From: Candidatus Daviesbacteria bacterium GW2011_GWA1_41_61
GTDB taxonomy: Bacteria; Patescibacteriota; Microgenomatia; Daviesbacterales; UBA10151
Assembly (NCBI GenBank): GCA_000997385.1
Contig: LCBT01000003.1
Location: 128,892-192,891 of the forward strand
Direction: 5' to 3'
DNA length: 64,000 bases
In this document: one piece after another, positions 56,431 through 64,000 of the stretch
Position numbering within the stretch: the first letter of the stretch is position 1
Layout of the letters: each line of letters opens with the position of its first letter
The notes under the pieces: model-generated
Database searches by the model: none
What the model saw: only the letters and a program-made list of their open reading frames with translations
What the model was told of the DNA's origin: nothing
Program-made: the position numbers and the translations under genes

Positions 56431-58257
56431 ATGGAACCCGAAAAAACCCCGACAAAGAAATTTGATCAAATTAAAGAGACCGCTACAGTCTCCTGGAAAC
56501 TTTTAAAGCTAGTCTGGCAGGTTGACCGCTGGCTTTTTATAGGTTCAGCTACTGCCTCAATTTTGCCAGCCATAATACCTTTTATAAATTTCTACATCTA
56601 TAAATTAATTATTGATTTGGTAGTAGCTGTAGTTTCCCAGGGGGTACCAATAGATTTTAATCGGCTCTACCTGCTTATTGGACTTCGAGTTGTAACCTAT
56701 TTTGTTTTAGATGTTACCTTTAGAACCCAAGAGTTGATGGAACGTTTATTTTGGACTAAGGTACCAATTTATCTTAATGAGAAGATCTTTCAAAAAACGG
56801 TCAATTTGGATATCCAGTATTTTGAGGATAGTAAGTTTAAGGATCTCTTAGAAAAAGTTAGGGACAGTGTTTCCTGGAGGCCTCAGCAATTAGTTTCCTA
56901 TTTATTTATGGGAGCTCAGAGTTTGGTTCAGGTAATAATTGCTTTTATTGCTATCGCCAATCTTAACCCTTTCTTAGTACTTTTGATTGCTTCAGTGGCT
57001 GTCCCAGAATTTATTAATCAAACACAACAGTCAAAGCTCTCTTGGGGTATCTGGGAGAGAAATTCACCTTTTAGGAAAAAGTTTTGGTATTTATCGGGAC
57101 TATTACAACATGCCTGGACTATCAAGGAGGTAAAAATATTTCGATTAGCCAAAAAGTTTCTTGACGAGATTAGATCTATTCAGGAAAAATTTTACCTTGA
57201 TAATGCCAAGCTTGCTAAACGCAATTATGGTTTAAATTTGATTTTTAATGCGCTCTCGACAGCAGTTTTTATTGGCTTTGAAATCTTTGTGATCTTTGAA
57301 GCTCTAGCCAGAAGAATTACCATTGGAGACGTTAATTTTTATACCGGAGTGGTTTCTAATTTCCAAAGCGGGTTAGGAGGTCTATTTAGGAATATGACTG
57401 GAGTGTTTGAAAACAGCCTTTATATTAAAAGTATGTTTGATATTTTGGAAGCTAGACCTAAAGTGGTACAGGCGGAGAATCCTCAAAAGCTAACCTTAAG
57501 GAGGACTCCCCTTGTTGAATTTAGAGATGTTACTTTTGCCTATCCTGATTCTAAACAGAAAATATTAAAAAACTTTTCTTTAACTATAAACCCAGGAGAA
57601 AAAATTGCTTTGGTAGGCGAAAACGGGGCTGGAAAATCAACAGTTATTAAGCTTTTAGTGAGGTTTTATGATGTCCAGGAGGGGGGAATCTTCATTGATG
57701 GTATTAACTTGAAGGATCTTGATTTAGAGGATTGGTACCGGCATGTAGGAGTTTTATTCCAGGATTTTAATAAGTATGAACATACAGTAACAGAGAATAT
57801 TGGGTTTGGTAAGGCCTTTGAGGAGGTTAATGTTGGAGAAGTTATTCGGGCAGCTACCTCTGCTGGAGCACACCCAATGATCCAAAAGTTAGACCAAGGA
57901 TATCAGCAGATGCTAGGAAAAACATTTGAAGGTGGAGTTGATTTGTCTATTGGGCAGTGGCAGAAGATTGCTTTAGCACGGGCATTCTTAAGAAATGCTC
58001 CAGTTTTGGTTTTGGATGAACCTACCGCTTCAATTGATGCCAAAGCTGAATCAGAAATTTTTAACAGGGTGGAAAGGTTGTCTCACGATAAAACAGTCAT
58101 TATCATCTCTCACCGGTTTTCCACTGTCAGAAATGCTGACAAAATTTATGTCATAGATAATGGTAAAATTGTGGAATCTGGCAGCCACAGTGATCTGATG
58201 AAGGTTGACGGCCAGTATGCCACCCTTTTTAAACTTCAAGCCAAAGGTTACCAGTAA
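56431..58257 (+). CDS. ABC transporter, fused permease/ATPase (type I exporter, MsbA-like)
   Basis: ORF track. Six N-terminal TM helices are followed by Walker A GENGAGKST, the signature LSIGQWQKIALARAF, and Walker B VLVLDEPTASID. Confidence 0.9.
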   Translation: MEPEKTPTKKFDQIKETATVSWKLLKLVWQVDRWLFIGSATASILPAIIPFINFYIYKLIIDLVVAVVSQGVPIDFNRLYLLIGLRVVTYFVLDVTFRTQELMERLFWTKVPIYLNEKIFQKTVNLDIQYFEDSKFKDLLEKVRDSVSWRPQQLVSYLFMGAQSLVQVIIAFIAIANLNPFLVLLIASVAVPEFINQTQQSKLSWGIWERNSPFRKKFWYLSGLLQHAWTIKEVKIFRLAKKFLDEIRSIQEKFYLDNAKLAKRNYGLNLIFNALSTAVFIGFEIFVIFEALARRITIGDVNFYTGVVSNFQSGLGGLFRNMTGVFENSLYIKSMFDILEARPKVVQAENPQKLTLRRTPLVEFRDVTFAYPDSKQKILKNFSLTINPGEKIALVGENGAGKSTVIKLLVRFYDVQEGGIFIDGINLKDLDLEDWYRHVGVLFQDFNKYEHTVTENIGFGKAFEEVNVGEVIRAATSAGAHPMIQKLDQGYQQMLGKTFEGGVDLSIGQWQKIALARAFLRNAPVLVLDEPTASIDAKAESEIFNRVERLSHDKTVIIISHRFSTVRNADKIYVIDNGKIVESGSHSDLMKVDGQYATLFKLQAKGYQ

Positions 58258-58354
58258 TTAGTACAAAAGATATCAAAAACAGTCAAAAATAATTTGATGG
58301 TTGAGTTTGTCTTTACAAGGTTTAAATTTGCAAAATTAGCCTCAAAATTTTTAG

Positions 58355-58383
58355 TTGACAAAGTTTTTAAATCTTTCTATATT
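58355..58383 (+). promoter_or_regulatory. Near-consensus sigma70-type promoter TTGACA-N17-TATATT, immediately upstream of the CAP-domain protein gene
   Basis: Seen directly. The -10 ends 8 nt before the GTG start at 58392, which implies a leaderless or very short-leader mRNA, or a different true start. Confidence 0.4.
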
Positions 58384-58391
58384 CAAAGTCT

Positions 58392-59006
58392 GTGACTTTT
58401 ACGTCTGCCATATTAGCCACACTTTTATTGCCTTTAGGGTTTTTCAGCCATCTATCCGGCCTGATAATTAAACCGGCTTCTACTCCTCCTCCTAAACCAA
58501 AGATTATTTTAACAACTGCCTCTGAGCCTGTGTACGATATTACCTTTGAAGTTATCTCTACCCCAACTGCAACGGTGACCCCTACTCCTACTGTAAAACC
58601 TACCTCCTCCCCCACTCCTAAACCTACTTCTCCCCCTCCTCCACTAACCTCTGGTTCTTCTGTCCAAGATTACCTGATGCAGGAGATTAATAACTATAGA
58701 AGATCCCAAGGATTATCTGAAGTTAAAACTGATTCTTATACTTGTGATTTTGCAGCTATAAGAGCCCAAGAAATCTCTTCAGCTTTTAACCATGACGGCT
58801 TTAGCAATAGGTTGAGTAGTAAGACTCTCCCCTACCCCAGTTATAGTGTAGTAATAGAAAACCTGGCCAAAATTTCTGATTACCAGAAAGTGGTTACTTT
58901 GTGGATTAATTCCTCCGGCCATGCTGCCAATATGAGGAAAGATACCCCCTTTGTTTGTGTGGCTCAAAACGGCAACTTCTTTGCTTACGAAGGCTTCAAA
59001 CCGTAA
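58392..59006 (+). CDS. Secreted CAP/SCP/PR-1-like domain protein with Pro/Thr-rich linker
   Basis: ORF track, GTG start. A hydrophobic N-terminus is followed by a PT linker (TPTATVTPTPTVKPTSSPTPKPTSPPPP). The CAP core is YLMQEINNYRRSQGL...HDGFSNRL...WINSSGHAANM. Confidence 0.7.
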   Translation: MTFTSAILATLLLPLGFFSHLSGLIIKPASTPPPKPKIILTTASEPVYDITFEVISTPTATVTPTPTVKPTSSPTPKPTSPPPPLTSGSSVQDYLMQEINNYRRSQGLSEVKTDSYTCDFAAIRAQEISSAFNHDGFSNRLSSKTLPYPSYSVVIENLAKISDYQKVVTLWINSSGHAANMRKDTPFVCVAQNGNFFAYEGFKP

Positions 59007-60285
59007 AATCAACGCTGATGCCTTTTCTGTCTACATGCTGCCAAAAGCAACGCTTTTGGTTAATGCTTTGGGAAAGTTTAGGTAAATTGATTAAAGCTTT
59101 GATTAAAGCCACATATTCTACAAAACTTAATAAATAGAAAAAGATATACATGGTGGGAGAAATTAACAATAATTTGATTTTGTCTTTTTTCCCTAATGTT
59201 TCTTCAGCTAGAATATTTATGCCGATATAGGCAGAGATAACAGTATAAGCTGAGATAAAGGTAAAAGTGTCTTTAAAAATAAGGATTACCAGCAGAATAT
59301 AGCCTGCCAAAAACGGTTCTAAAAAGAAGGCAAAATCACAAAAGATCGCAAATGGTAAATAAAAATAGGTCAAAAGCCGGCTATATTTTTGATCAGAATT
59401 AAAAAACATATTTTTATTTTTGAAAAATGTCTGACTTCTTCCCCATTTCCAACGATAACGCTGTTTAATCAGGGCGCCTATTGTTTGACAACTTTCAGTA
59501 TAGGCTATTACATCAGCTCCATAAATTACCCGGTAGTGTTTATTGCCTTTTTGTAAGATTTTCATGGTTAAATCAATATCTTCAGTAACGGTGTCGTGAT
59601 CGTAAAACCCAACCTTTTTTAAAATGCTTTTTCTAAATACTGAACCGATTCCGCCGATAATATATTCAATGTTAAAAGTAGTTTGAGCTCTCTTCATTTG
59701 GTAGCAGATTAAATATTCAAATTTTTGAATTAAGTTTATCAAGCTGTTATCATCGATAATTTTGACATTAGAAGATAAGGCTGCGACTTTTTGATCTTCA
59801 AAATATTGGGCAGCGTAAGTCAAAGCATTTTTTTCTAAATAAGAATCACCATCAAGGCACATTACCAGTGATCCTTTAGTATAGTTTTTTATCCCCTTAT
59901 TTAAAGCATTAGCCTTACCGGAATTTTTTTGTCTAATTAACTGTAAATTCAAAAGCTTGTTTTTTTCTTTAAATTTTCTAACCAAATTAGGGGTATGGTC
60001 AACTGATCCGTCATCAATCACAATAATTTGCAGTTTACTTTGAGGATAGTTATTAGAAGCCACAGAGCTGAGGCAGCGGATAATCGTTTTTTCTTCATTA
60101 TGGGCGGGAATAACGACGCTAAGTAACGGCTTATAGAGCTTCTTTTTGCTTTGGGTAGATTTTTTTTGAGCAAGATGTTTTTTAAGCCCATAAATATCAG
60201 AGCCGATAAGAAAGATCATCATTCTCAACAGATTAACAATACCCAAAAAAACAATTAGATAGCTAATAAAAGATAATATTTTCAT
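58996..60285 (-). CDS. Processive family-2 glycosyltransferase (PgaC/IcaA/cellulose-synthase-like)
   Basis: ORF track. LLSVVIPAHNEE, IIVIDDGSVDHT and GKANALNKG are present. The DGD motif is CLDGDSYLE, ED sits in TVTEDIDLTMK, and QRYRWKWG is the Q(R/Q)xRW motif. It has several TM helices. Confidence 0.8.
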   Translation of the reverse strand: MKILSFISYLIVFLGIVNLLRMMIFLIGSDIYGLKKHLAQKKSTQSKKKLYKPLLSVVIPAHNEEKTIIRCLSSVASNNYPQSKLQIIVIDDGSVDHTPNLVRKFKEKNKLLNLQLIRQKNSGKANALNKGIKNYTKGSLVMCLDGDSYLEKNALTYAAQYFEDQKVAALSSNVKIIDDNSLINLIQKFEYLICYQMKRAQTTFNIEYIIGGIGSVFRKSILKKVGFYDHDTVTEDIDLTMKILQKGNKHYRVIYGADVIAYTESCQTIGALIKQRYRWKWGRSQTFFKNKNMFFNSDQKYSRLLTYFYLPFAIFCDFAFFLEPFLAGYILLVILIFKDTFTFISAYTVISAYIGINILAEETLGKKDKIKLLLISPTMYIFFYLLSFVEYVALIKALINLPKLSQSINQKRCFWQHVDRKGISVDFTV

Positions 60286-60887
60286 ATGACTTTTAAAAAG
60301 TCGAAATACATCAACCTTCGTTTACTGTTTAAAAACCCGCTGCAAGTCATTAAAGTCAGCTGGGGTTTACCTTGATAACGAAAAATTTCCATGTTTTCCG
60401 GTGCGACTTCCTCATATTCTCTGTATCTATATTCAAAAATCAAATTATTCTTGGTATAAATTAAAACTTTATCTCCTATCTTTATCCTTTTTAAGGATCC
60501 GAATAAATTATCCGTGTTGTGGGCATAAATTAAGGTATTACCGGAGAAATTATTTGGCCGGGAAGTCACTTCGGCAAAATAGGCATCAACCGGAGAAATA
60601 TCCCAAACTTTAGTGTTAAGATTATATTTTCCGGGTTTAATATTGGCCTTTATTCCTACCGCAGGCACCTCTATCGCTGAAGGGTCCCCTAGTAAATAGT
60701 TTGTTTGGGGTAGAGAAGGCTTCCGACTCTCTGATAAAGATAAAAATCCCAGCCTTTCGTTTATCTGAGACTGCCTTCCCCCCCAAAAACTTCTTGTTTG
60801 AATAACAAAATAGCCTATCATTAAAACTACTAATAGATAGGCCGGTAAGAGCTTGAGAATAAGCGAGGTTCTATTTAAATTGATCAT
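60282..60887 (-). CDS. Sortase (transpeptidase)
   Basis: ORF track. It has an N-terminal TM anchor. LGDPSAIEVPAVGIKANIKPG, the His in NTLIYAHNTDN, the catalytic QLTLMTCSGF (TLxTC) and the downstream KRRLMY (Arg) are present. Its 3' end overlaps the GT2 gene start by 4 nt. Confidence 0.8.
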   Translation of the reverse strand: MINLNRTSLILKLLPAYLLVVLMIGYFVIQTRSFWGGRQSQINERLGFLSLSESRKPSLPQTNYLLGDPSAIEVPAVGIKANIKPGKYNLNTKVWDISPVDAYFAEVTSRPNNFSGNTLIYAHNTDNLFGSLKRIKIGDKVLIYTKNNLIFEYRYREYEEVAPENMEIFRYQGKPQLTLMTCSGFLNSKRRLMYFDFLKVI

Positions 60888-60891
60888 TTTT

Positions 60892-61074
60892 CTATATGAC
60901 TCTTTTTAATACTCGAGTCACTATAAAACTAATTAAAACAATAGAACCAGTAGCTATGGATGCAAAAGATAAAACCATGGTTAGGGGTTCATTACCGGTA
61001 TTTGGTAAGACAGCTGCACCGCCAGCTAAAGCCACAGAGGCACCTAAAATTTGTCCTGTTGTACTCTGATACAT
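60892..61074 (-). CDS. 60-aa LPNTG 'mini' sortase-substrate-like protein (short N-terminal segment, LPNTG, TM helix, basic tail)
   Basis: ORF track. MYQSTTGQILGASVALAGGAAV-LPNTG-NEPLTMVLSFASIATGSIVLISFIVT-RVLKRVI is a full cell-wall sorting signal. A strong Shine-Dalgarno AAGAAAGGAGGAGGAT lies immediately upstream of the ATG. It is 4 nt from the sortase start. Confidence 0.5.
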   Translation of the reverse strand: MYQSTTGQILGASVALAGGAAVLPNTGNEPLTMVLSFASIATGSIVLISFIVTRVLKRVI

Positions 61075-61254
61075 GATATCCTCCTCCTTTCTTTTTTAAC
61101 TTCAGCCGGGCAGAAGAAGACTGAACAACGAATAATAACATTTTTTCAGCTTATAGTCAATCACTATAACATAAACTATTTTAGAAATTTCCCTCTTTTT
61201 GAAAACATTACTTCTCTTGACTGTCTTTTATGGCTTCAGGTAAAATGTGCTGTT

Positions 61255-61986
61255 ATGGATATTGAGATTGCTGCAGAAACTATTGGACATATCGGTTCTT
61301 TCCCGATTACTAATTCCCTTTTAGTAACTTTAGCCACTACCGGGATTCTTTCTGCCCTGGCTGTAATATCTTCCCGGAAAATTACCCCCATACCTTCTTC
61401 TTTACAAAATTTTTGGGAATTTATAATCGAAGCGATTTATAACTTAAGCGAAGAGATTGCCCATTCTAGAGCTAAAATCTTTTTCCCTTTTGTGATGACT
61501 TTTTTCCTGTTTATTATTACCGCTAACTGGCTAGGACTTCTCCCAGGTTTTGGGACTGTTGGCTTTAAAGAAGTTCATGAAGGGAAACAGGTTTTTGTGC
61601 CCCTTCTTCGTTCAATTAATGCCGACTTAAATACTACCCTGGCTTTGGCTGCAATTTCAGCTGTAGCCACCCACTTTTTTGCCCTCAAATATTTAGGAAT
61701 TTGGCAGTATTTAAAAAAGTGGTTTAGCCTAAACCCTATATTTTTATTTGTGGGAATATTGGAGTTGGTGGGAGAATTTACTAAACTCATCTCGCTTTCT
61801 TTCAGGTTATTTGGTAATATATTTGCTGGAGAAATTGTTTTGGCAACAATTGCGGGGATTTTTGCTTTTGTTGTTCCTCTCCCCTTTTATTTTTTAGAAA
61901 TAATTGTTGGTTTTATCCAAGCGGCAGTATTTATGATGCTGACGCTTGTCTTTATGGCTTTGTTATCTGAAAAACCCGGGCATTAA
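61255..61986 (+). CDS. atpB: F0F1 ATP synthase subunit a
   Basis: ORF track 61051..61986. The likely start is MDIEIAAETIGHIG at 61255. LSLSFRLFGNIFAGEIVL contains the essential Arg. Confidence 0.85.
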   Translation: MDIEIAAETIGHIGSFPITNSLLVTLATTGILSALAVISSRKITPIPSSLQNFWEFIIEAIYNLSEEIAHSRAKIFFPFVMTFFLFIITANWLGLLPGFGTVGFKEVHEGKQVFVPLLRSINADLNTTLALAAISAVATHFFALKYLGIWQYLKKWFSLNPIFLFVGILELVGEFTKLISLSFRLFGNIFAGEIVLATIAGIFAFVVPLPFYFLEIIVGFIQAAVFMMLTLVFMALLSEKPGH

Positions 61987-62001
61987 GGAAAGAATTATTG
62001 A

Positions 62002-62244
<243 letters not shown>

Positions 62245-62247
62245 TCA

Positions 62248-62286
62248 GTCATCAGCTATCCCGATTTAATCGGGATAGCTGATGAC
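62248..62286 (+). promoter_or_regulatory. Perfect 18-bp stem / 3-nt loop hairpin between atpE and atpF; the atpF ATG lies inside the 3' arm
   Basis: Seen directly: GTCATCAGCTATCCCGAT-tta-ATCGGGATAGCTGATGAC. Confidence 0.55.
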
Positions 62287-62791
62287 TTTAATTATGGAGA
62301 TTTTAAATGAGTTTGGTGTTAAACCAGTTTTATTGATAGCACAGGTAGTAAATTTTCTGTTACTGCTTTTTATCTTAAAGAGGTTTTTATATAAACCGAT
62401 CTTGAAGGCTTTAGAGCAGCGGAAACAGAAAATTGTTCAGAGTTTAAAAAACGCTGAGGAAATTGAGAAAAGACTTGAGGCAGTTTCTAAAGAACGTGAG
62501 GAGGCTTTAAGAAAAGCTTCTAAAGAAGCGGAGACGATCATTGGGGAAGCGACTACCTCGGCTGACAGAATTATTGCCCAAGCTCATGAAAAAGCTCAAA
62601 AGGATATTTCTAAGATGATAGAAAGGTCCCAGCAGTCTCTTAAGCTGGAAAGAGAAAAGTTGTATCAAGACATAAAGGGTGAGTTAGCCGGTTTGGTGAT
62701 GGTAGCACTTGAGAAAGTAACTGGTAAAGTGGTGACCGAGAAAGATCAAAAAGAGCTGATTAAAAAGTCTATAAAGCAGTTAGAGAGTTAA
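62282..62791 (+). CDS. atpF: F0F1 ATP synthase subunit b
   Basis: ORF track. It has one N-terminal TM followed by a long charged coiled coil (EQRKQKIVQSLKNAEE...). Confidence 0.85.
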   Translation: MTLIMEILNEFGVKPVLLIAQVVNFLLLLFILKRFLYKPILKALEQRKQKIVQSLKNAEEIEKRLEAVSKEREEALRKASKEAETIIGEATTSADRIIAQAHEKAQKDISKMIERSQQSLKLEREKLYQDIKGELAGLVMVALEKVTGKVVTEKDQKELIKKSIKQLES

Positions 62792-62799
62792 ATTAAATC

Positions 62800-63198
62800 A
62801 TGAAAAAAGATAAACAACTAAAAAAGTTAGTTGAGAAGTTAGTTGAAATGAGTTTTGATAATAAGGGTAATTTAGTGGAAGAAAAAGTACAAAAGTGTGT
62901 CACAATTTTAAAACAATTACCGCTCTCAAAGGCAATTATTGCTTTAGAAGCTTATCTTTTGGGTTTAAGACGCGGTGTGGAAAAGAGGACTCTCCAAATT
63001 TGGAGCACTATACCGCTGACTGGTGATCAAGTAGATAAGATCTCTAAACAAATGGGACTAAATTATCCGGTAAATGATGTGGTAACTAGTGTTAACCCTT
63101 CACTTTTAGGAAGGTTACGGGTTAAAATTGGCGATGTTGTTTATGATGACAGTGTTGGTAAAAAGATAGTTAAATTGCAGGAAGCAATTAGAGACTGA
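62800..63198 (+). CDS. atpH: F0F1 ATP synthase subunit delta (OSCP), short form
   Basis: ORF track. The C-terminus [22 protein letters not shown] resembles the delta-subunit GGIxVxVGDxVxDxSV. Confidence 0.75.
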   Translation: MKKDKQLKKLVEKLVEMSFDNKGNLVEEKVQKCVTILKQLPLSKAIIALEAYLLGLRRGVEKRTLQIWSTIPLTGDQVDKISKQMGLNYPVNDVVTSVNPSLLGRLRVKIGDVVYDDSVGKKIVKLQEAIRD

Positions 63199-63200
63199 GA

Positions 63201-64000
63201 ATGAATAATTTAATTACTGAAATCGAGAATCAAATTAAACAGCTAAAAACCGCTGCAGTGGTAGAAAATGTGGGTACAGTGGTAGAAGTGGGAGATGGAA
63301 TTGCCAGGATTGAAGGCTTGTCTAATGTTCAGATGTCTGAACTAATTGAGTTTCCAGGTGGAGTGTTTGGTTTAGCTTTAAATTTGGAGCAGTATAGCGT
63401 AGGAGCAATTATTTTAGGAGACTTTACTAAAGTTAAAGAAGGTGATGAGGTAAAAACTACGGGCAGGCTCCTTCAGGTTCCGGTAGGTGAAGAATTGATT
63501 GGAAGGGTAGTTGATGCCTTGGGTAATCCTTTAGACGGCAAAGGTCCGGTTAAGTCCAAACTTTCTTACCCGGTAGAAAAAGTTGCTCCAGGGGTAATTA
63601 CCAGAAAATCAGTTTCTGTTCCTCTACAAACAGGGATCAAGGCTATCGATGCTTTAATTCCTATTGGACGAGGCCAAAGAGAGCTTATTATTGGTGATCG
63701 GAATACCGGTAAAACTACTATTGCTGTTGATACCGTCATCAGTCAAAAAGATGTTATCTGTATTTATGTGGCCATTGGTCAAAAGCAGTCTAAGGTTGCC
63801 CAACTGGTAGCTAAACTGGAAGAGAATGAGGCGATGGATCATACCATCGTGGTGGTAGCCTCTGCTTCCGATCCAGCCTCCATGCAATATTTGGCTCCCT
63901 ACTCCGGTACAGCTATGGGTGAGTATTTTATGGACCTGGGCAAAGACGCACTTATTATCTATGATGATCTTTCCAAGCATGCTTGGGCTTACCGGCAAGT
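63201..64000 (+). CDS. atpA: F0F1 ATP synthase subunit alpha, N-terminal 266 aa; the gene runs off the window end
   Basis: My own translation from ATG 63201 gives [40 protein letters not shown]... The Walker A motif is [14 protein letters not shown]. It is not in the ORF track because no stop lies in the window. Confidence 0.9.
   Translation, partial: MNNLITEIENQIKQLKTAAVVENVGTVVEVGDGIARIEGLSNVQMSELIEFPGGVFGLALNLEQYSVGAIILGDFTKVKEGDEVKTTGRLLQVPVGEELIGRVVDALGNPLDGKGPVKSKLSYPVEKVAPGVITRKSVSVPLQTGIKAIDALIPIGRGQRELIIGDRNTGKTTIAVDTVISQKDVICIYVAIGQKQSKVAQLVAKLEENEAMDHTIVVVASASDPASMQYLAPYSGTAMGEYFMDLGKDALIIYDDLSKHAWAYRQ

Noticed and set aside
58367-59137. ORFs 58367..58615 -, 58779..59012 - and 58955..59137 + overlapping the CAP-domain gene and its 3' flank
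   Set aside because: They are antisense or low-complexity frames overlapping a CDS with CAP-domain motifs.
60401-60613. A 70-aa plus-strand ORF antisense to the sortase
   Set aside because: It is embedded antisense.
61051-61254. The long N-terminal extension of the atpB ORF as given in the track, which overlaps the LPNTG mini-ORF
   Set aside because: The conserved subunit-a sequence begins at the internal Met (61255). The extension runs antisense through the LPNTG gene and its SD.
63654-63998. A 114-aa minus-strand ORF at the window end
   Set aside because: It is antisense to the atpA N-terminal coding region, which includes the Walker A motif.

Overview
This 64-kb window reads as a gene-dense, moderately AT-rich stretch from a small-genome bacterium; I estimate roughly 40% G+C by eye and did not compute it. 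Core housekeeping genes dominate: gyrB, an intein-containing gyrA, murC, murD, alr, pgeF, holB, yebC-ruvC, trmD, a KH-protein gene, rpsP, rnc, nusB, rpmF, recG, sod, a class-I aaRS of archaeal type, an ABC exporter, and the atpB-E-F-H-A operon start. The cell-envelope content looks Gram-positive-like. There is a sortase, an LCP-family protein, and a complete type IV pilus locus (pilB, pilT, pilC, a major pilin, pilD, about ten minor or pilin-like genes, pilM, pilN, pilO) with no secretin. This is compatible with a Patescibacteria/CPR-like organism, which is an inference and not a demonstrated fact. Several accessory or unusual regions stand out.
(i) A three-gene cluster (14.3-17.8 kb) encodes a secreted Cys-rich protein ending in a dockerin-like double Ca-loop module, plus two cell-anchored proteins each carrying a cohesin-like domain. 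This is a candidate cohesin-dockerin surface assembly.
(ii) A sortase operon (59.0-61.1 kb) contains a 60-aa LPNTG 'mini-substrate' ORF and a processive GT2 synthase, next to a CAP-domain secreted protein.
(iii) An AT-rich stretch at the window start holds a CE4-deacetylase-like plus GT2 pair, an XRE regulator, a ClpP-fold (SDH-type) serine peptidase and an IS630 transposase remnant.
(iv) A 438-aa LAGLIDADG intein sits at the gyrA-a site.
(v) A diverged, synonymously substituted second copy of the xer recombinase 3' end lies 64 nt downstream of the intact gene, next to a GIY-YIG nuclease gene.
(vi) A roughly 1-kb non-coding region shows tandem duplications and hairpins.
(vii) An ACP homologue lacks the phosphopantetheinylated Ser.
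(viii) Strong RNA or DNA structures sit at pilB and atpF.
No rRNA, tRNA or CRISPR array was recognised. Start coordinates are approximate where noted. All family assignments rest on motif reading without database searches.
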